From Hyphococcus sp. (GTDB lineage: Bacteria > Pseudomonadota > Alphaproteobacteria > Caulobacterales > Parvularculaceae): 64,000 bases of DNA. Shown here one piece after another: positions 38,166-48,247 of this stretch; position 1 is the stretch's first letter; each line of letters begins with the position of its first letter. The notes under the pieces are model-generated. The model worked only from the letters and a program-made list of their open reading frames with translations. It was not told the DNA's origin and made no database searches. The stretch covers positions 353 to 64,352 of the forward strand of contig JAJFGA010000046.1 of the NCBI GenBank assembly GCA_021776375.1, written 5' to 3'. A program made the position numbers and the translations under genes.

Positions 38166-38408
38166 ATGAAGGCAAAAATCACCATCACCTTAAAAAATGG
38201 CGTCCTTGATCCACAAGGAAAAGCCATCGAAGGCGCGCTTTCCGGCCTCGGCTTTGAGGGCGCCTCGGATGTACGTCAGGGCAAGGTGATTGAGCTAAAG
38301 CTCGAAGAAAGTGACGAGGCCGCCGCGCGCGCCAAAGCCGAAGAGATGTGCACAAAACTGCTCGCCAATCCGGTGATGGAAAACTACCAGATCGAGATTT
38401 TGGCTTGA
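38166..38408 (+). CDS. purS: FGAM synthase subunit PurS
   Basis: LKNGVLDPQGKA, VRQGK, LLANPVMENY. Confidence 0.96.
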   Translation: MKAKITITLKNGVLDPQGKAIEGALSGLGFEGASDVRQGKVIELKLEESDEAAARAKAEEMCTKLLANPVMENYQIEILA

Positions 38409-38422
38409 GCATTCTCCTCTCC

Positions 38423-38547
38423 CGTCATCCCGGACGCTCCGCAACACAAAGTGTTGCTGTGCAGAGCCGGGATCGGGCAAAGTCAGAAAGCGAAAGATCC
38501 CGTGTCTGCAATGCACCGCTGCGCGCTGTGCTGCGCACGGGATGACG
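38423..38547. repeat. REP/RPE-like palindromic intergenic element
   Basis: Termini CGTCATCCCG...CGGGATGACG with nested hairpins. Confidence 0.7.
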
Positions 38548-38560
38548 AACGGATAGTATT

Positions 38561-39223
38561 ATGAAACCTTCCATCATCGTCTTCCCCGCCTCAAATTGTG
38601 ATCGCGACGCTGCCGCTGCTCTTGAGCAGGCGACAGGCAAACCGCCGGCCATGGTCTGGCATGGCGAAGCCAGCCTTCCGGATACGGATTTTATCGTTCT
38701 GCCAGGCGGTTTTTCCTATGGCGACTATTTACGCTCCGGTGCGATGGCGGCAAAATCACCGATCATGCGCGCGGTGATTGAAAAGGCGAAGACGGGAACG
38801 CCGGTGATCGGCATCTGCAACGGCTTCCAGACTTTGTGCGAGGCGGGGTTGTTGCCGGGCGCGTTGTTGCGCAATGCCGGCCTCAACTTCGTCTGCCGCA
38901 GCGTAACTTTGCGGGTTGAGAACAATAGCTCGATATTTACCGGCGGATTAGAAAAAGGCGCCTTCGTCGATTTCCCAATCGCCCATCATGACGGCAATTA
39001 TTTCGCCGATGATGAAACGCTCAATCGCCTTGAAGGTGATGAGCGCATTGCGTTCCGCTATGTAGACAATCCCAATGGCTCCGCGCGCGACATCGCAGGC
39101 ATATTGAACGAGGCCGGCAATGTTCTCGGCATGATGCCGCATCCCGAGCGGGTTATCTCCCCGCTCCTCGGCGGCGTTGACGGCGCGACGTTCTTCAAAG
39201 CCGTGGTTGAGGCGGCGGCGTAA
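38561..39223 (+). CDS. purQ: FGAM synthase glutaminase subunit PurQ
   Basis: [28 protein letters not shown]. Confidence 0.97.
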   Translation: MKPSIIVFPASNCDRDAAAALEQATGKPPAMVWHGEASLPDTDFIVLPGGFSYGDYLRSGAMAAKSPIMRAVIEKAKTGTPVIGICNGFQTLCEAGLLPGALLRNAGLNFVCRSVTLRVENNSSIFTGGLEKGAFVDFPIAHHDGNYFADDETLNRLEGDERIAFRYVDNPNGSARDIAGILNEAGNVLGMMPHPERVISPLLGGVDGATFFKAVVEAAA

Positions 39224-39298
39224 ACACTGCGCTCCGCTCTTTGGCATTCCCCTGCAATGGCGTATGTTTTCTTTCAAACTTCCGGGAGGGATCGAGCC

Positions 39299-40528
39299 AT
39301 GAAATTTTGGATTATTGCAGCCGCCGCGCTGGCGCTCACGGCATGTGGCGAGAAGGCGACGACTTCAGTGCCGGCCGACGCGTCCTATCAGGAAACCCTG
39401 ATGACGCAGCTCCTGGACGCCCAGCCCGGCGACATCATCGAAATCCCTGCGGGCACATTTTCCTTCGACCGTTCGCTCAGCCTCACCATCGACGGCGTCA
39501 CCATCCGCGGGCAAGGCATGGACAAGTCGGTCCTCACGTTTAAAGACCAGATCGCCGGAGCAGAGGGTCTGATCGTCACCGCTAGTGATTTCACCATCGA
39601 AGATTTGGCGATTGAAGACACCAAAGGCGACGCCTTGAAAATCACCAAGGGCGAAAACATCGTCATCCGCCGTGTACGCACCGAGTGGACCGGCGGCCCG
39701 AAAACATCCAATGGCGCTTACGGGATCTATCCGGTGCAGACCAAGAATGTTCTGATGGAAGAAAACGTTGCGATCGCCGCCGCCGACGCCGGGCTTTATA
39801 TTGGCCAGTCGCAAAATGTCGTCGTGCGCAACAACCGCGCAGAATATAATGTCGCCGGCATTGAAATCGAGAACACGCTTGACGCCGACGTCTATGGCAA
39901 TGTCGCAACCAACAATACCGGCGGCATATTGGTTTTTAATATGCCGAATTTGAAACAACCGGGTGCCCGCACGCGCGTCTTCGACAACGATGTCTTCGAC
40001 AACAACACCAAAAATTTCGGCCATAAGGGAACGCCAGTTGCGTCTATTCCCGCCGGCTCCGGCGTTGTGATCAATTCCAACGATCAGGTCGAGATTTTCG
40101 GCAACCGCATCAGCGGCAACAAGACAGCGAATATCATCGTCGCCAGCGTTTACTCTTCCGGCCTCTCCCAGGACGGCATGAGTGAGGATTTCGATCCCTA
40201 TCCGGAGGGTATTTACATCTATGGCAACGAGATGAACGGCGGCGGCAAAAATCCAGACGGGCTCGACCTGCAGGCGCTGAAAATAGCCATGTTCGGTCCC
40301 ATGGGCGCGCTGCCGGATGTGTTGTGGGACGGATTTGTCAATCCGGACAAGCGCGATGGCGCAGCGCTGCCTTTGACCGAAATCCTTTGCGTTCAAAATG
40401 ATGGCGCTGAAATTATCAATGTCGACGCGCCCAATGGATTTAAAAACCCGCGTCTGGCGGCGGTGGAGCATGATTGCGCGCTGGAAAAACTGACCTCGGT
40501 CGCACTGACAGGGCCGCTGGCTGAATAA
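39299..40528 (+). CDS. Parallel beta-helix lipoprotein (SO2930-associated family)
   Basis: Lipobox LTAC; NGAYGIYPV, NVAGIEIENT, NTGGILVF repeats. Confidence 0.88.
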   Translation: MKFWIIAAAALALTACGEKATTSVPADASYQETLMTQLLDAQPGDIIEIPAGTFSFDRSLSLTIDGVTIRGQGMDKSVLTFKDQIAGAEGLIVTASDFTIEDLAIEDTKGDALKITKGENIVIRRVRTEWTGGPKTSNGAYGIYPVQTKNVLMEENVAIAAADAGLYIGQSQNVVVRNNRAEYNVAGIEIENTLDADVYGNVATNNTGGILVFNMPNLKQPGARTRVFDNDVFDNNTKNFGHKGTPVASIPAGSGVVINSNDQVEIFGNRISGNKTANIIVASVYSSGLSQDGMSEDFDPYPEGIYIYGNEMNGGGKNPDGLDLQALKIAMFGPMGALPDVLWDGFVNPDKRDGAALPLTEILCVQNDGAEIINVDAPNGFKNPRLAAVEHDCALEKLTSVALTGPLAE

Positions 40529-41637
40529 TGCGCATCATTGCGGCATTGTTGGCCTTGCTTATCGTCGCATGCGGCAGTGAAGACACGCCCCCGACCTTCC
40601 ATGGCGACACCAATCCGCAATTGCTCAGCGACTGGGGCATGCTCTCCGCCAGTCAAGACGCATTGCAATTGGGCGATGGCGTGACGCCCTATGACCTCGC
40701 AACACCGTTGTTTTCCGATTACGCCCTCAAACTGCGCACGGTTTGGATAGCCGAGGGCGCAGCGACTTATAACACAAATGACGCCTTCGACTTCCCGGTT
40801 GGAACCGTCCTTACAAAGACCTTTTTCTACCCCATCATAGGCGATGCCTGGACAGGTGCGGTGACCTATGGCGGCGAGCACACTGTTGAAGGCGACATGA
40901 TGACACTGGACGGCTACCGTCTCATGGAGACCCGCCTCCTTGTGCGCCGGGAGGCCGGGTGGGAAGCCCTGCCCTATGTCTGGAACGAAGGCCAGACTGA
41001 TGCGGTTTTAAAACGCACCGGCGCGGTTATGCCGCTAACGCTCCACCGTCCGGATGGGCGCGCAGAAGACTTCGCCTATGTCGTTCCCAACGCCAATCAA
41101 TGCGCCGCCTGCCACGCTGCCAACGCGATCACTAAGGAGATTGCCCCTATCGGCCCGAAGGCGCGCCACCTCAATAAGCGCTCCACCTTCTCGCCGGCCT
41201 TCGACCAGTTGGACTACTGGGTCGCAGCGGGGCTTTTAACCGGCGACCTCTCCGACGACGCGGTGGTTCAACAAAACGCCGACTGGACAGACAAATCCTT
41301 GCCGCTAGAGGCGCGCGCGCGGGCCTATCTCGACATCAATTGCAGCCATTGCCACAACCCTGGCGGCGCGGCGGACACGTCCGGGCTCGACCTTGAACCG
41401 GAGGCGACCGGCCCGGCTATGGGTCACTGCAAGTCGCCGATCGCCGCAGGAAGCGGTTCGGGCGGGCGCCCCTTTGATATCGTCCCCGGCCATCCCGAGC
41501 AATCGATCACTGTCTTCCGTATGGAAACAACAGACCCCGGCGCGATGATGCCGGAGCTCGGCCGCTCCGTCGCTCATGACGAAGGTGTTGCGCTCATCGC
41601 GGAGTGGATCGTCGAAATGGAAGGCGCTTGCGGCTAG
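40528..41637 (+). CDS. SO2930-family diheme c-type cytochrome lipoprotein
   Basis: Lipobox IVAC; PLFSDYALK, FPVGTVLTKTF, CAACH and CSHCH heme motifs, MMPELGR. Confidence 0.9.
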   Translation: MRIIAALLALLIVACGSEDTPPTFHGDTNPQLLSDWGMLSASQDALQLGDGVTPYDLATPLFSDYALKLRTVWIAEGAATYNTNDAFDFPVGTVLTKTFFYPIIGDAWTGAVTYGGEHTVEGDMMTLDGYRLMETRLLVRREAGWEALPYVWNEGQTDAVLKRTGAVMPLTLHRPDGRAEDFAYVVPNANQCAACHAANAITKEIAPIGPKARHLNKRSTFSPAFDQLDYWVAAGLLTGDLSDDAVVQQNADWTDKSLPLEARARAYLDINCSHCHNPGGAADTSGLDLEPEATGPAMGHCKSPIAAGSGSGGRPFDIVPGHPEQSITVFRMETTDPGAMMPELGRSVAHDEGVALIAEWIVEMEGACG

Positions 41638-41649
41638 CGCCAGCGTGAT

Positions 41650-42780
41650 TTGACCTCGGCGTCATTCCGATCTCATATGATTGCTGCGCACATTCAAGAT
41701 AACCAATCCCTTATGCAAACTCTCGAACTGTATTTTCGATTTGCCGGCGTCACCCTCCTGCTTGTTCAGCTTGTGCTGATTATTCGTGATGCATGGGACG
41801 TCCGCCCGGCGCGCTTTGGCGTGTTGCTGGCGCTCTCCCTGATCAAAGTCATCGGCGCAAACGATCCAGCCGATGCGTTTTTCCCCTTAAGCCTCCAATA
41901 CGTGCTGTCGGCGCTGTCCATAAATACAGCTATTTTCATCTGGTGGTTCGCGCTTGCTTTGTTCGACGATGATTTTCGTCTCGGGCGGCTCGAATGGGGC
42001 GGCGCGGCCGTCTGGTTTGCTCTCGGTATTCCCAATTTCAATGATTTCGTTCTTGCGCAGCCGCTTTCCGCGCCCTGGGCGGCCTATGCGCGGTCGGGCA
42101 TGGCGATCGCTATCGTCGCGCATATCGTTTATCGCGCGCTCGCCGGGCGGCGGACCGACCTCGTCGAGGAACGAAGGCGCGTGCGGGTGCTTTTCGCCTT
42201 CGCGATTGCGGCGCTCTTTCTCGTCGACCTTTGGAGCGAGATGGCGTTCGGCTGGCATAAAGAGCCTTTGTGGTTCAGCACGATCGAGCATGGCCTTTTC
42301 TTTGCGGTGATCCTGTGGGGCGTGTTCTGGATGATGCGGCTCGACAAGCGGGTCTTGATGTTCGCCCCCCCGGCCGAACCCGCCGAGGCGCCCAAACAAG
42401 CGTTGTCGCCCAAAGAACAGCTCTTGCATCAAAAGCTGATTGGCGTCGTAGAGACCGAAAAAGCCTATCTTGAGCCGGAACTGTCGATCAGCGCGTTGGC
42501 GTTGCGAATCGGCGCGCCGGAGCATCAGGTTCGCGCCCTCATCAACAAAGCGATGGGCCACCGCAACTTCCGCGCATTTTTGAACGCCTATCGCATGAGC
42601 GAGGCAAAGGCGGCCCTCGCCGATCCGCAAAAGGCGGCGCTGCCAATCCTCACCATCGCCATGGATGCTGGCTTTGCCTCGCTGTCCTCCTTCAATCGTG
42701 CATTCAAGGAAAGCGTCAGACAAACGCCGACCGCCTTCCGTCAGGCGGCTCTGGGCGGCAATGCGGGTTCCCAAAACTGA
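41650..42780 (+). CDS. Membrane-anchored AraC family regulator
   Basis: About six TM helices, then INKAMGHRNF..FLNAYR, IAMDAGFASLSSFNRAFK; start uncertain. Confidence 0.9.
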   Translation: MTSASFRSHMIAAHIQDNQSLMQTLELYFRFAGVTLLLVQLVLIIRDAWDVRPARFGVLLALSLIKVIGANDPADAFFPLSLQYVLSALSINTAIFIWWFALALFDDDFRLGRLEWGGAAVWFALGIPNFNDFVLAQPLSAPWAAYARSGMAIAIVAHIVYRALAGRRTDLVEERRRVRVLFAFAIAALFLVDLWSEMAFGWHKEPLWFSTIEHGLFFAVILWGVFWMMRLDKRVLMFAPPAEPAEAPKQALSPKEQLLHQKLIGVVETEKAYLEPELSISALALRIGAPEHQVRALINKAMGHRNFRAFLNAYRMSEAKAALADPQKAALPILTIAMDAGFASLSSFNRAFKESVRQTPTAFRQAALGGNAGSQN

Positions 42781-42886
42781 AAAACCCTCGCCATTTCCGA
42801 AAATGACCAAGGTTTTTCAGCGTCGCAGAGCCACCTCAGCCGGTTTCTGTCAGCAATGCGCCGATATTGATCATGACGAGGAGTAG

Positions 42887-43711
42887 GTGATGGAGTTTTT
42901 GGATTGGTTCATTGGCGCCGTTGCGCGCCGCGCGCCGACAAGCATCCAGATCGAAAGCATCCGGTACCTCGTTGGGACGATCGGGGTCTTCCTTCTCATC
43001 TGGGTGGTTTTCGAAAAACACCTCCGCTCCCGCAAAATCCGAAAACCCACGCCCCGCACCCGCCAGATCCGGCGAGAGCTGGCTTATTCAGCCCTGACCA
43101 TCTTTATATTCATGTTGATGGGCGTGTTTGTTTACGAAGGCGCGGCCAGCGGCGTGTTTAAGTTTTACTCCGATGTCGGGACAAATGGCTGGGGATATCT
43201 CGCCTTCTCAATCATCCTGCTGGCGCTTTTTCACGACGCCTATTTCTACTGGACCCATCGGCTGATCCACCACCCAAAACTGTTCCGCTTCTTCCATGTG
43301 GTGCATCATCGCTCACACAATCCAACACCTTTCACCGCCTATTCCTTTAATCCGGGCGAGGCTGCGGTGAATTTCATGGTCATTCCGCTATTCGCATTCA
43401 TTGTTCCGGTCCACGACATCGCAACCCTCATCTATATGTGGCTGATGATCGTACGCAACGCGGTCGGCCATTCCGGCTATGAGCTGATGTCTAAGGGGTG
43501 GACCCGCCATCCTGTGTTGGGGCTCTCCACAACCATCACCCATCACGACATGCATCATGAAAAAATGACCGGAAATTACGGGCTCTATTTCACCTGGTGG
43601 GACCGGCTCATGGGCACGGAGCACAGCGACTATTTCGAGCGTTTCGATAAAGCTGTCGGCGCGGAGGCGCCCAAACCATCAAACGTAACTGCGCCCGCGC
43701 CCTCCTTATGA
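42887..43711 (+). CDS. Sterol desaturase/fatty acid hydroxylase family protein
   Basis: His boxes HRLIH, HVVHH, GHSG, HHDMHH; NYGLYFTWWDR. Confidence 0.92.
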   Translation: MMEFLDWFIGAVARRAPTSIQIESIRYLVGTIGVFLLIWVVFEKHLRSRKIRKPTPRTRQIRRELAYSALTIFIFMLMGVFVYEGAASGVFKFYSDVGTNGWGYLAFSIILLALFHDAYFYWTHRLIHHPKLFRFFHVVHHRSHNPTPFTAYSFNPGEAAVNFMVIPLFAFIVPVHDIATLIYMWLMIVRNAVGHSGYELMSKGWTRHPVLGLSTTITHHDMHHEKMTGNYGLYFTWWDRLMGTEHSDYFERFDKAVGAEAPKPSNVTAPAPSL

Positions 43712-43738
43712 CAGGATTACGCTAACCCGGAGCTTGTT

Positions 43739-43802
43739 AAAAAAATCGGCGGTGATTTCTCGTATGTTTGGGGGAAACAAAGACGAACGTGAAACCACCG
43801 CC
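43739..43802 (-). terminator. Long stem-loop followed by a U-run on the minus strand (terminator, possibly the 3' end of an sRNA)
   Basis: GGCGGTGATTTC (43748-59) pairs with GAAACCACCGCC (43791-802); A-run at 43739-45. Confidence 0.55.
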
Positions 43803-43984
43803 TTGACGCGAACCCAGGGAGTTACTGGTTAGACGCCAAATACCCTCCCACCAGCGATGCAAACAAAATCGGCGTTTCCTGCATCAGCTAGCGCCCGACG
43901 TTTTCACTATAGGCGAACGTCACATTGCCGAGCCAATTCGCAATGGTGTCGGCGTAATAACTTTCCTGAAAACCGACAGGTCGG

Positions 43985-44206
43985 GTCGCCCCCGATCACA
44001 AGCACCGGCGTTTTGATTTCCACCACGTATAACGCATGTTGAAATTCGAAATCGCAACATCAAGCCTGATTGCGGTGCGTCAAATCGGAAAGTCGATCTC
44101 GGTGATGGTCACGCTTTCAACGCCTGATCACATCCTAGACCCACCCGAAAGACGGCATGAAAGCAAGGCTCAAGGCCAGTACAAGGATGATAATAAACAC
44201 TCGCAT
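43985..44206 (-). pseudogene. Probable remnant of a secreted alpha/beta hydrolase
   Basis: TAAGGAGG RBS and a 23-codon signal-like ORF (MRVFIIILVLALSLAFMPSFGWV*), followed by out-of-frame scraps LDVAI and EIKTPVLVIGA. Confidence 0.4.
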
Positions 44207-44384
44207 CGGATCCCTCCTTAAGAGTGATTGCAATGTGATATTATCCTGAGTCGGAGCGCTGTGAATCAGCGCAGAAAAATTTATTTTTGGCTATTTAACT
44301 TAGGCTTACACCCGCCCTTAGCAGAAAATAGCGCATAAAGAGCAAATCATTTCCAGCTTGAATAATGGCTTTAGCGCCATCCAT

Positions 44385-44927
44385 TCATGACGTCGCAATC
44401 TGCTTCACGGCTTTTTCAAACGCATCCGGGTCTTTTAAAGTCCGAGCCAAGATCATTGCGCCTTCGACCGTCGCCATGGCGCCATAGGCGCGGCCAAGCG
44501 CGCCGGCAGCACCGACATTGGCCATACGCGCATAGACTTTCGCCAACCATGCAATGTTTTTTTCAAAAAAAACTTTCGTCTCGCGCGCCACCTCGTCCGG
44601 CAGCACCGCAACTTCCGCCCCTAACATTCCGCAAAGACACATCTTGCGCTGTGTGACGACCGCATATCGACAAGCTTCAATATACCGCTCGATCAGCTTT
44701 TTCGGCGTAACCTTCTCCACTTCCGGGTCGCCAAGCGCCAACAGGAATTTTTCCGTATAGGCGCGCGCGACCACCGCGCCAAGATCGCCCTTGGTCGGAA
44801 AATGATAATGGACGCTGGCGCTCTTGACCCCGACCACATCGGCAATTTCGCGAAAGCTGAACCCATTATAGCCGCGCTCGCGGATCATCGTTTCCGCTGT
44901 TTCAATGATCTCTTCCAGTTTCGACAT
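44385..44927 (-). CDS. TetR family regulator (NemR-like)
   Basis: GYNGFSFREIA..VGVKSASVHYHFPTK, MCLCG. Confidence 0.93.
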   Translation of the reverse strand: MSKLEEIIETAETMIRERGYNGFSFREIADVVGVKSASVHYHFPTKGDLGAVVARAYTEKFLLALGDPEVEKVTPKKLIERYIEACRYAVVTQRKMCLCGMLGAEVAVLPDEVARETKVFFEKNIAWLAKVYARMANVGAAGALGRAYGAMATVEGAMILARTLKDPDAFEKAVKQIATS

Positions 44928-44998
44928 CTCCCAAGCCTCACCATCTTGTGATGGATTTTCGATTACCTATCCAGAGATAGGGATTGATTGGCATTCTG

Positions 44999-45038
44999 TC
45001 TACCGCTAGGTAGTGTTATCTACCTATCGATAGATAGA
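44999..45038. promoter_or_regulatory. TetR operator candidates
   Basis: Imperfect palindromes TCTACCTATCGATAGATAGA (45019-38) and CTACCGCTAGGTAG between the divergent TetR and SDR genes. Confidence 0.55.
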
Positions 45039-45060
45039 CAACAGCAAAAAGGGACTGAAT

Positions 45061-45837
45061 ATGTCAAACTCATCGAACAATCGGGCGCTGATCGTCGGCG
45101 GCTCGTCCGGAATGGGCAAAGCAACTGCGTTGCGGCTCGCAAAACGTGGGATCGACCTCATCCTCGTTGCCCGCGACGCCGAAAAACTCCGCGCTGCAAA
45201 GGAAGAAGTGCGCAGTATCTCCGACGTTGACGTAAAGACGGCCTCCGTCGATCTTTACGACGAGGCGGAGGTCGACGCATTCATCGCGCGCATCAACGAC
45301 GACACGCGCAAGATCGATTACCTCGTCAACGCCGCCGGATATTTCGCACCGGCGCCGTTCTTTGAACACAGCAAAGACACCTATGATCAATATAACGACC
45401 TAAACAAAAGCCTATTTTTTATCACCCAGGCCGTTGCACAGAACATGCGCGCCCATGGCGGCGGATCGATTGTCTCCATCGGATCGATGTGGGCGAAGCA
45501 AGCGATCAAGGCGACCCCGTCATCAGCCTATTCCATGGCCAAGGCCGGCATCCACTCGCTGACCCAAACGCTGGCGCTGGAGCTGGCTGATTTCGGCATT
45601 CGCGTAAACGCTATTTCGCCGGCCATCGTCGTCACGCCGATATTCGGGTCATTTATAGATAAGAACAAAATCGAGGAAACGCTGACAGAAAACTTCGACA
45701 GCTTCCACCCCATCGGCCGCGTCGGACGCGTCGAAGACATTGCCGCGGCGATTGAGTTTCTGCTCTCCGATGACGCAAGCTGGATCACCGGTACGATCAT
45801 GGACGTCGACGGCGGCGTTATGGCGGGCCGGAACTAA
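45061..45837 (+). CDS. SDR oxidoreductase
   Basis: [30 protein letters not shown]. Confidence 0.92.
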   Translation: MSNSSNNRALIVGGSSGMGKATALRLAKRGIDLILVARDAEKLRAAKEEVRSISDVDVKTASVDLYDEAEVDAFIARINDDTRKIDYLVNAAGYFAPAPFFEHSKDTYDQYNDLNKSLFFITQAVAQNMRAHGGGSIVSIGSMWAKQAIKATPSSAYSMAKAGIHSLTQTLALELADFGIRVNAISPAIVVTPIFGSFIDKNKIEETLTENFDSFHPIGRVGRVEDIAAAIEFLLSDDASWITGTIMDVDGGVMAGRN

Positions 45838-45871
45838 GGACCGCTTCCATTCGGCGTTGTGTCTGCCGCCA

Positions 45872-45991
45872 ATCCTGCGAGACGCCTTGACGGCTATCGC
45901 CGCCAAGGCTCCTCAGGATGAGGGTTTGCTCTATTGAAACAATTCTCCCCTCATCCTGAGGAGCAGACCGAAGGTCTGCGTCGCAAAGGAT
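45872..45991. repeat. Inverted pair of REP-like elements
   Basis: GCTCCTCAGGATGAGGG / CCCTCATCCTGAGGAGC between convergent genes. Confidence 0.75.
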
Positions 45992-46019
45992 AAGCGACAT
46001 GCGAAAACATCACGGCAAA

Positions 46020-48038
46020 TCAAGCTAACATCTTCCGCACCCGCCCCATCGCCATGAGCGGGAAATAGTGGCGGTAGAGATTGTAGTTGATCATAAAGGC
46101 GCGCGACAGCTCCGGGCCTTGCTTCAGGCGTTCGGCCAACAATGGATCACCGAGCTTGATGGTCGCGCCGACGCCGTATCCCGGAAAGCCCGTGCCGGTA
46201 TATTCCAGCTCCAGCCAGGTTCCGTCTTTCTGGCGCTCCATCAAAAAGGCGACGCCGCGTTCAATCGCCTCGCGGTCTTCGCACCGGTTCGCCGCCGCAA
46301 GGCCCATCAGCGCCCAGGCGGTTTGCGATGCGGTGGTCGGCCCGCGCCCGGCCATTGCCGGGTCCATGTAAGACGCGCAGCTCTCGCCCCAGCCGCCGTC
46401 GGCCTGTTGTTTGGAGCCCAGCCAGTCGCAGGCGCGCGCAACGTATGGCAGCGTCATATCCTCGCCAATCGCCTCCAGCGCCGGCAACACCGCACCGGTT
46501 CCGTAAATATAGTTGACGCCCCAGCGCCCGAACCAGGAGCCATCCGCCTCCTGTTCGTTTTTGATATAATCCATCGCCCGTTTGACATTCGGGTGATCGC
46601 CGCGAAAGCCTAGCTTGCCAAACGCTTCGACAATATGCGCGGTGACGTCCACCGAAGGTGGATCGAGCGCCTCGCCAAAATCGCAGAACGGAATGCGCGT
46701 CAGATAGGTCTTGTCATTGTCCTTATCGAACGCCCCCCAGCCCCCGCCTTTGCATTGCATCGCCAAGAGCCAGTTGACCCCGCGCTCAATTGCCTTGTCG
46801 ATGCCTTTGGCCTTCCACTTCGCATCACCGCGAAACTGCGACAACACAATCAGCGCCACCGCCGTATCATCTGTATCGGGATAAAAGTAATTCTTATATT
46901 CAAACGCCCAGCCACCGGGCTCCACATGGGGAGCTTTGACCTGCCAGTCTCCGGGCTTGAGGACTTGCTGATCCAAAACCCAATCGACCGCTTTTTCAAC
47001 CTCTTCAGGATTGATCTCATTCAGCCCGCAATCATCAAAGGCAAGCAACGCCAGCAGCGTATCCCAGACCGGGCTGGTCGATGCTTGTATCCACGTCGCC
47101 TCACCAACATCAACGCGCCAGCGCGGATCATCGAGAGCGCCGAGCGCAGCGGCGACATTGGGGTGGTCATGGGCGTAGCCTTCATTATAGAGCGCCATCA
47201 TCGAATAGATCCACGGCGGCTGAATACCGCCCCAAACGCCGTCGCCGTCCTGATGTTGAATGATCCATTCAAGCGCGCGTTTCACCGCGCCCTTTCGGAT
47301 CGGCGTGATCCCCGCCGACTGGCCCCAATGCAGCGCCCGATCAATCCATAAAAACGCTTTATCGATAATATCGGCGCCGGGTTTGGCCGGGTAGGAATAA
47401 TCGAAGTTGCTGCGGCCTTCGGGGAACAACTCATCGAGGCGGTTTTCCGCCGCCAGAGGCCGCGATGGACGGCGCGCAGAAAGCACTGCAATCGGCATGA
47501 GTGTCGCGCGCGCCCATTGCGCGAAATTATAGATCGAAAACGGAAACCAGTTCGGAAAGTAAATCACTTCCGGCGGCAGGTTCGGCGTTTTCTCCCACGG
47601 ATATTCGCCGATCAGCGCCAGCCAGTAGCGGGTGAAGACGCGAATGTTTTTAAGCCCGCCCTTGGACAGGATCCATACGCGGGCTTTTTCCATCGCCGGA
47701 TCGTCCGCCGGCGTTCCCATAGAGCGCAACGCCGCATAGGCCTCAACCGTGGTGTTGATGTCGCCGGCGGGCGCATCATGATAGATCTGCCAGGCGCCGT
47801 CCTCGCGCTGCGCCTGCTTCAACGACGCCGCCAGGCGTGGTCGGAGGTGGTGGTCTTCCAGCCCGACAAACCACAGCGCCAAAATCCACTGCGCCTCCAT
47901 GCAGGCGTTGGATTCCAGTCGCCCGACCCAATATCCTTCCGGTTTCTGGCGCGCGACCAGCCATTGCGCCGCTGCATCTATCGACCCGCCAAGCTGGCGG
48001 TCGAAATTCGAATTGGCGCTATTTTCTTCGTCAAACAT
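46020..48038 (-). CDS. shc: Squalene-hopene cyclase
   Basis: YPDTDDTA (DxDD), QW repeats, SPVWDT, GRWGVNYIYG, GWGESC, TGTGFP. Confidence 0.95.
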   Translation of the reverse strand: MFDEENSANSNFDRQLGGSIDAAAQWLVARQKPEGYWVGRLESNACMEAQWILALWFVGLEDHHLRPRLAASLKQAQREDGAWQIYHDAPAGDINTTVEAYAALRSMGTPADDPAMEKARVWILSKGGLKNIRVFTRYWLALIGEYPWEKTPNLPPEVIYFPNWFPFSIYNFAQWARATLMPIAVLSARRPSRPLAAENRLDELFPEGRSNFDYSYPAKPGADIIDKAFLWIDRALHWGQSAGITPIRKGAVKRALEWIIQHQDGDGVWGGIQPPWIYSMMALYNEGYAHDHPNVAAALGALDDPRWRVDVGEATWIQASTSPVWDTLLALLAFDDCGLNEINPEEVEKAVDWVLDQQVLKPGDWQVKAPHVEPGGWAFEYKNYFYPDTDDTAVALIVLSQFRGDAKWKAKGIDKAIERGVNWLLAMQCKGGGWGAFDKDNDKTYLTRIPFCDFGEALDPPSVDVTAHIVEAFGKLGFRGDHPNVKRAMDYIKNEQEADGSWFGRWGVNYIYGTGAVLPALEAIGEDMTLPYVARACDWLGSKQQADGGWGESCASYMDPAMAGRGPTTASQTAWALMGLAAANRCEDREAIERGVAFLMERQKDGTWLELEYTGTGFPGYGVGATIKLGDPLLAERLKQGPELSRAFMINYNLYRHYFPLMAMGRVRKMLA

Positions 48039-48247
48039 GGTCGCATCTCCCGGAGGCTCGCGTTTTAGCCCAGCCACGCGCCGTGGGCTAGATGTTCTGG
48101 CCAGGGCGGCATGGCGCCCATATCAACCACTTAGCAGGGGCAAGCCTGAGCTATGGGTCTGGGGGGCGGCCCGTTGTCGCGGCTAGCGGCCGGCGCCCAA
48201 AAATGTCTATTACCGTATCACTGATCCACCGCAAAAGGAGGAAGACG

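Noticed and set aside
39365-40471. Long antisense ORFs (also 41887-42810, 46635-47351, 58873-59529)
   Set aside because: Shadow frames of well-supported GC-rich genes on the opposite strand.
44135-44206. 23-aa hydrophobic ORF as a type I toxin
   Set aside because: Downstream out-of-frame hydrolase-like scraps suggest a signal peptide left from a decayed gene; a real small protein is not fully excluded.
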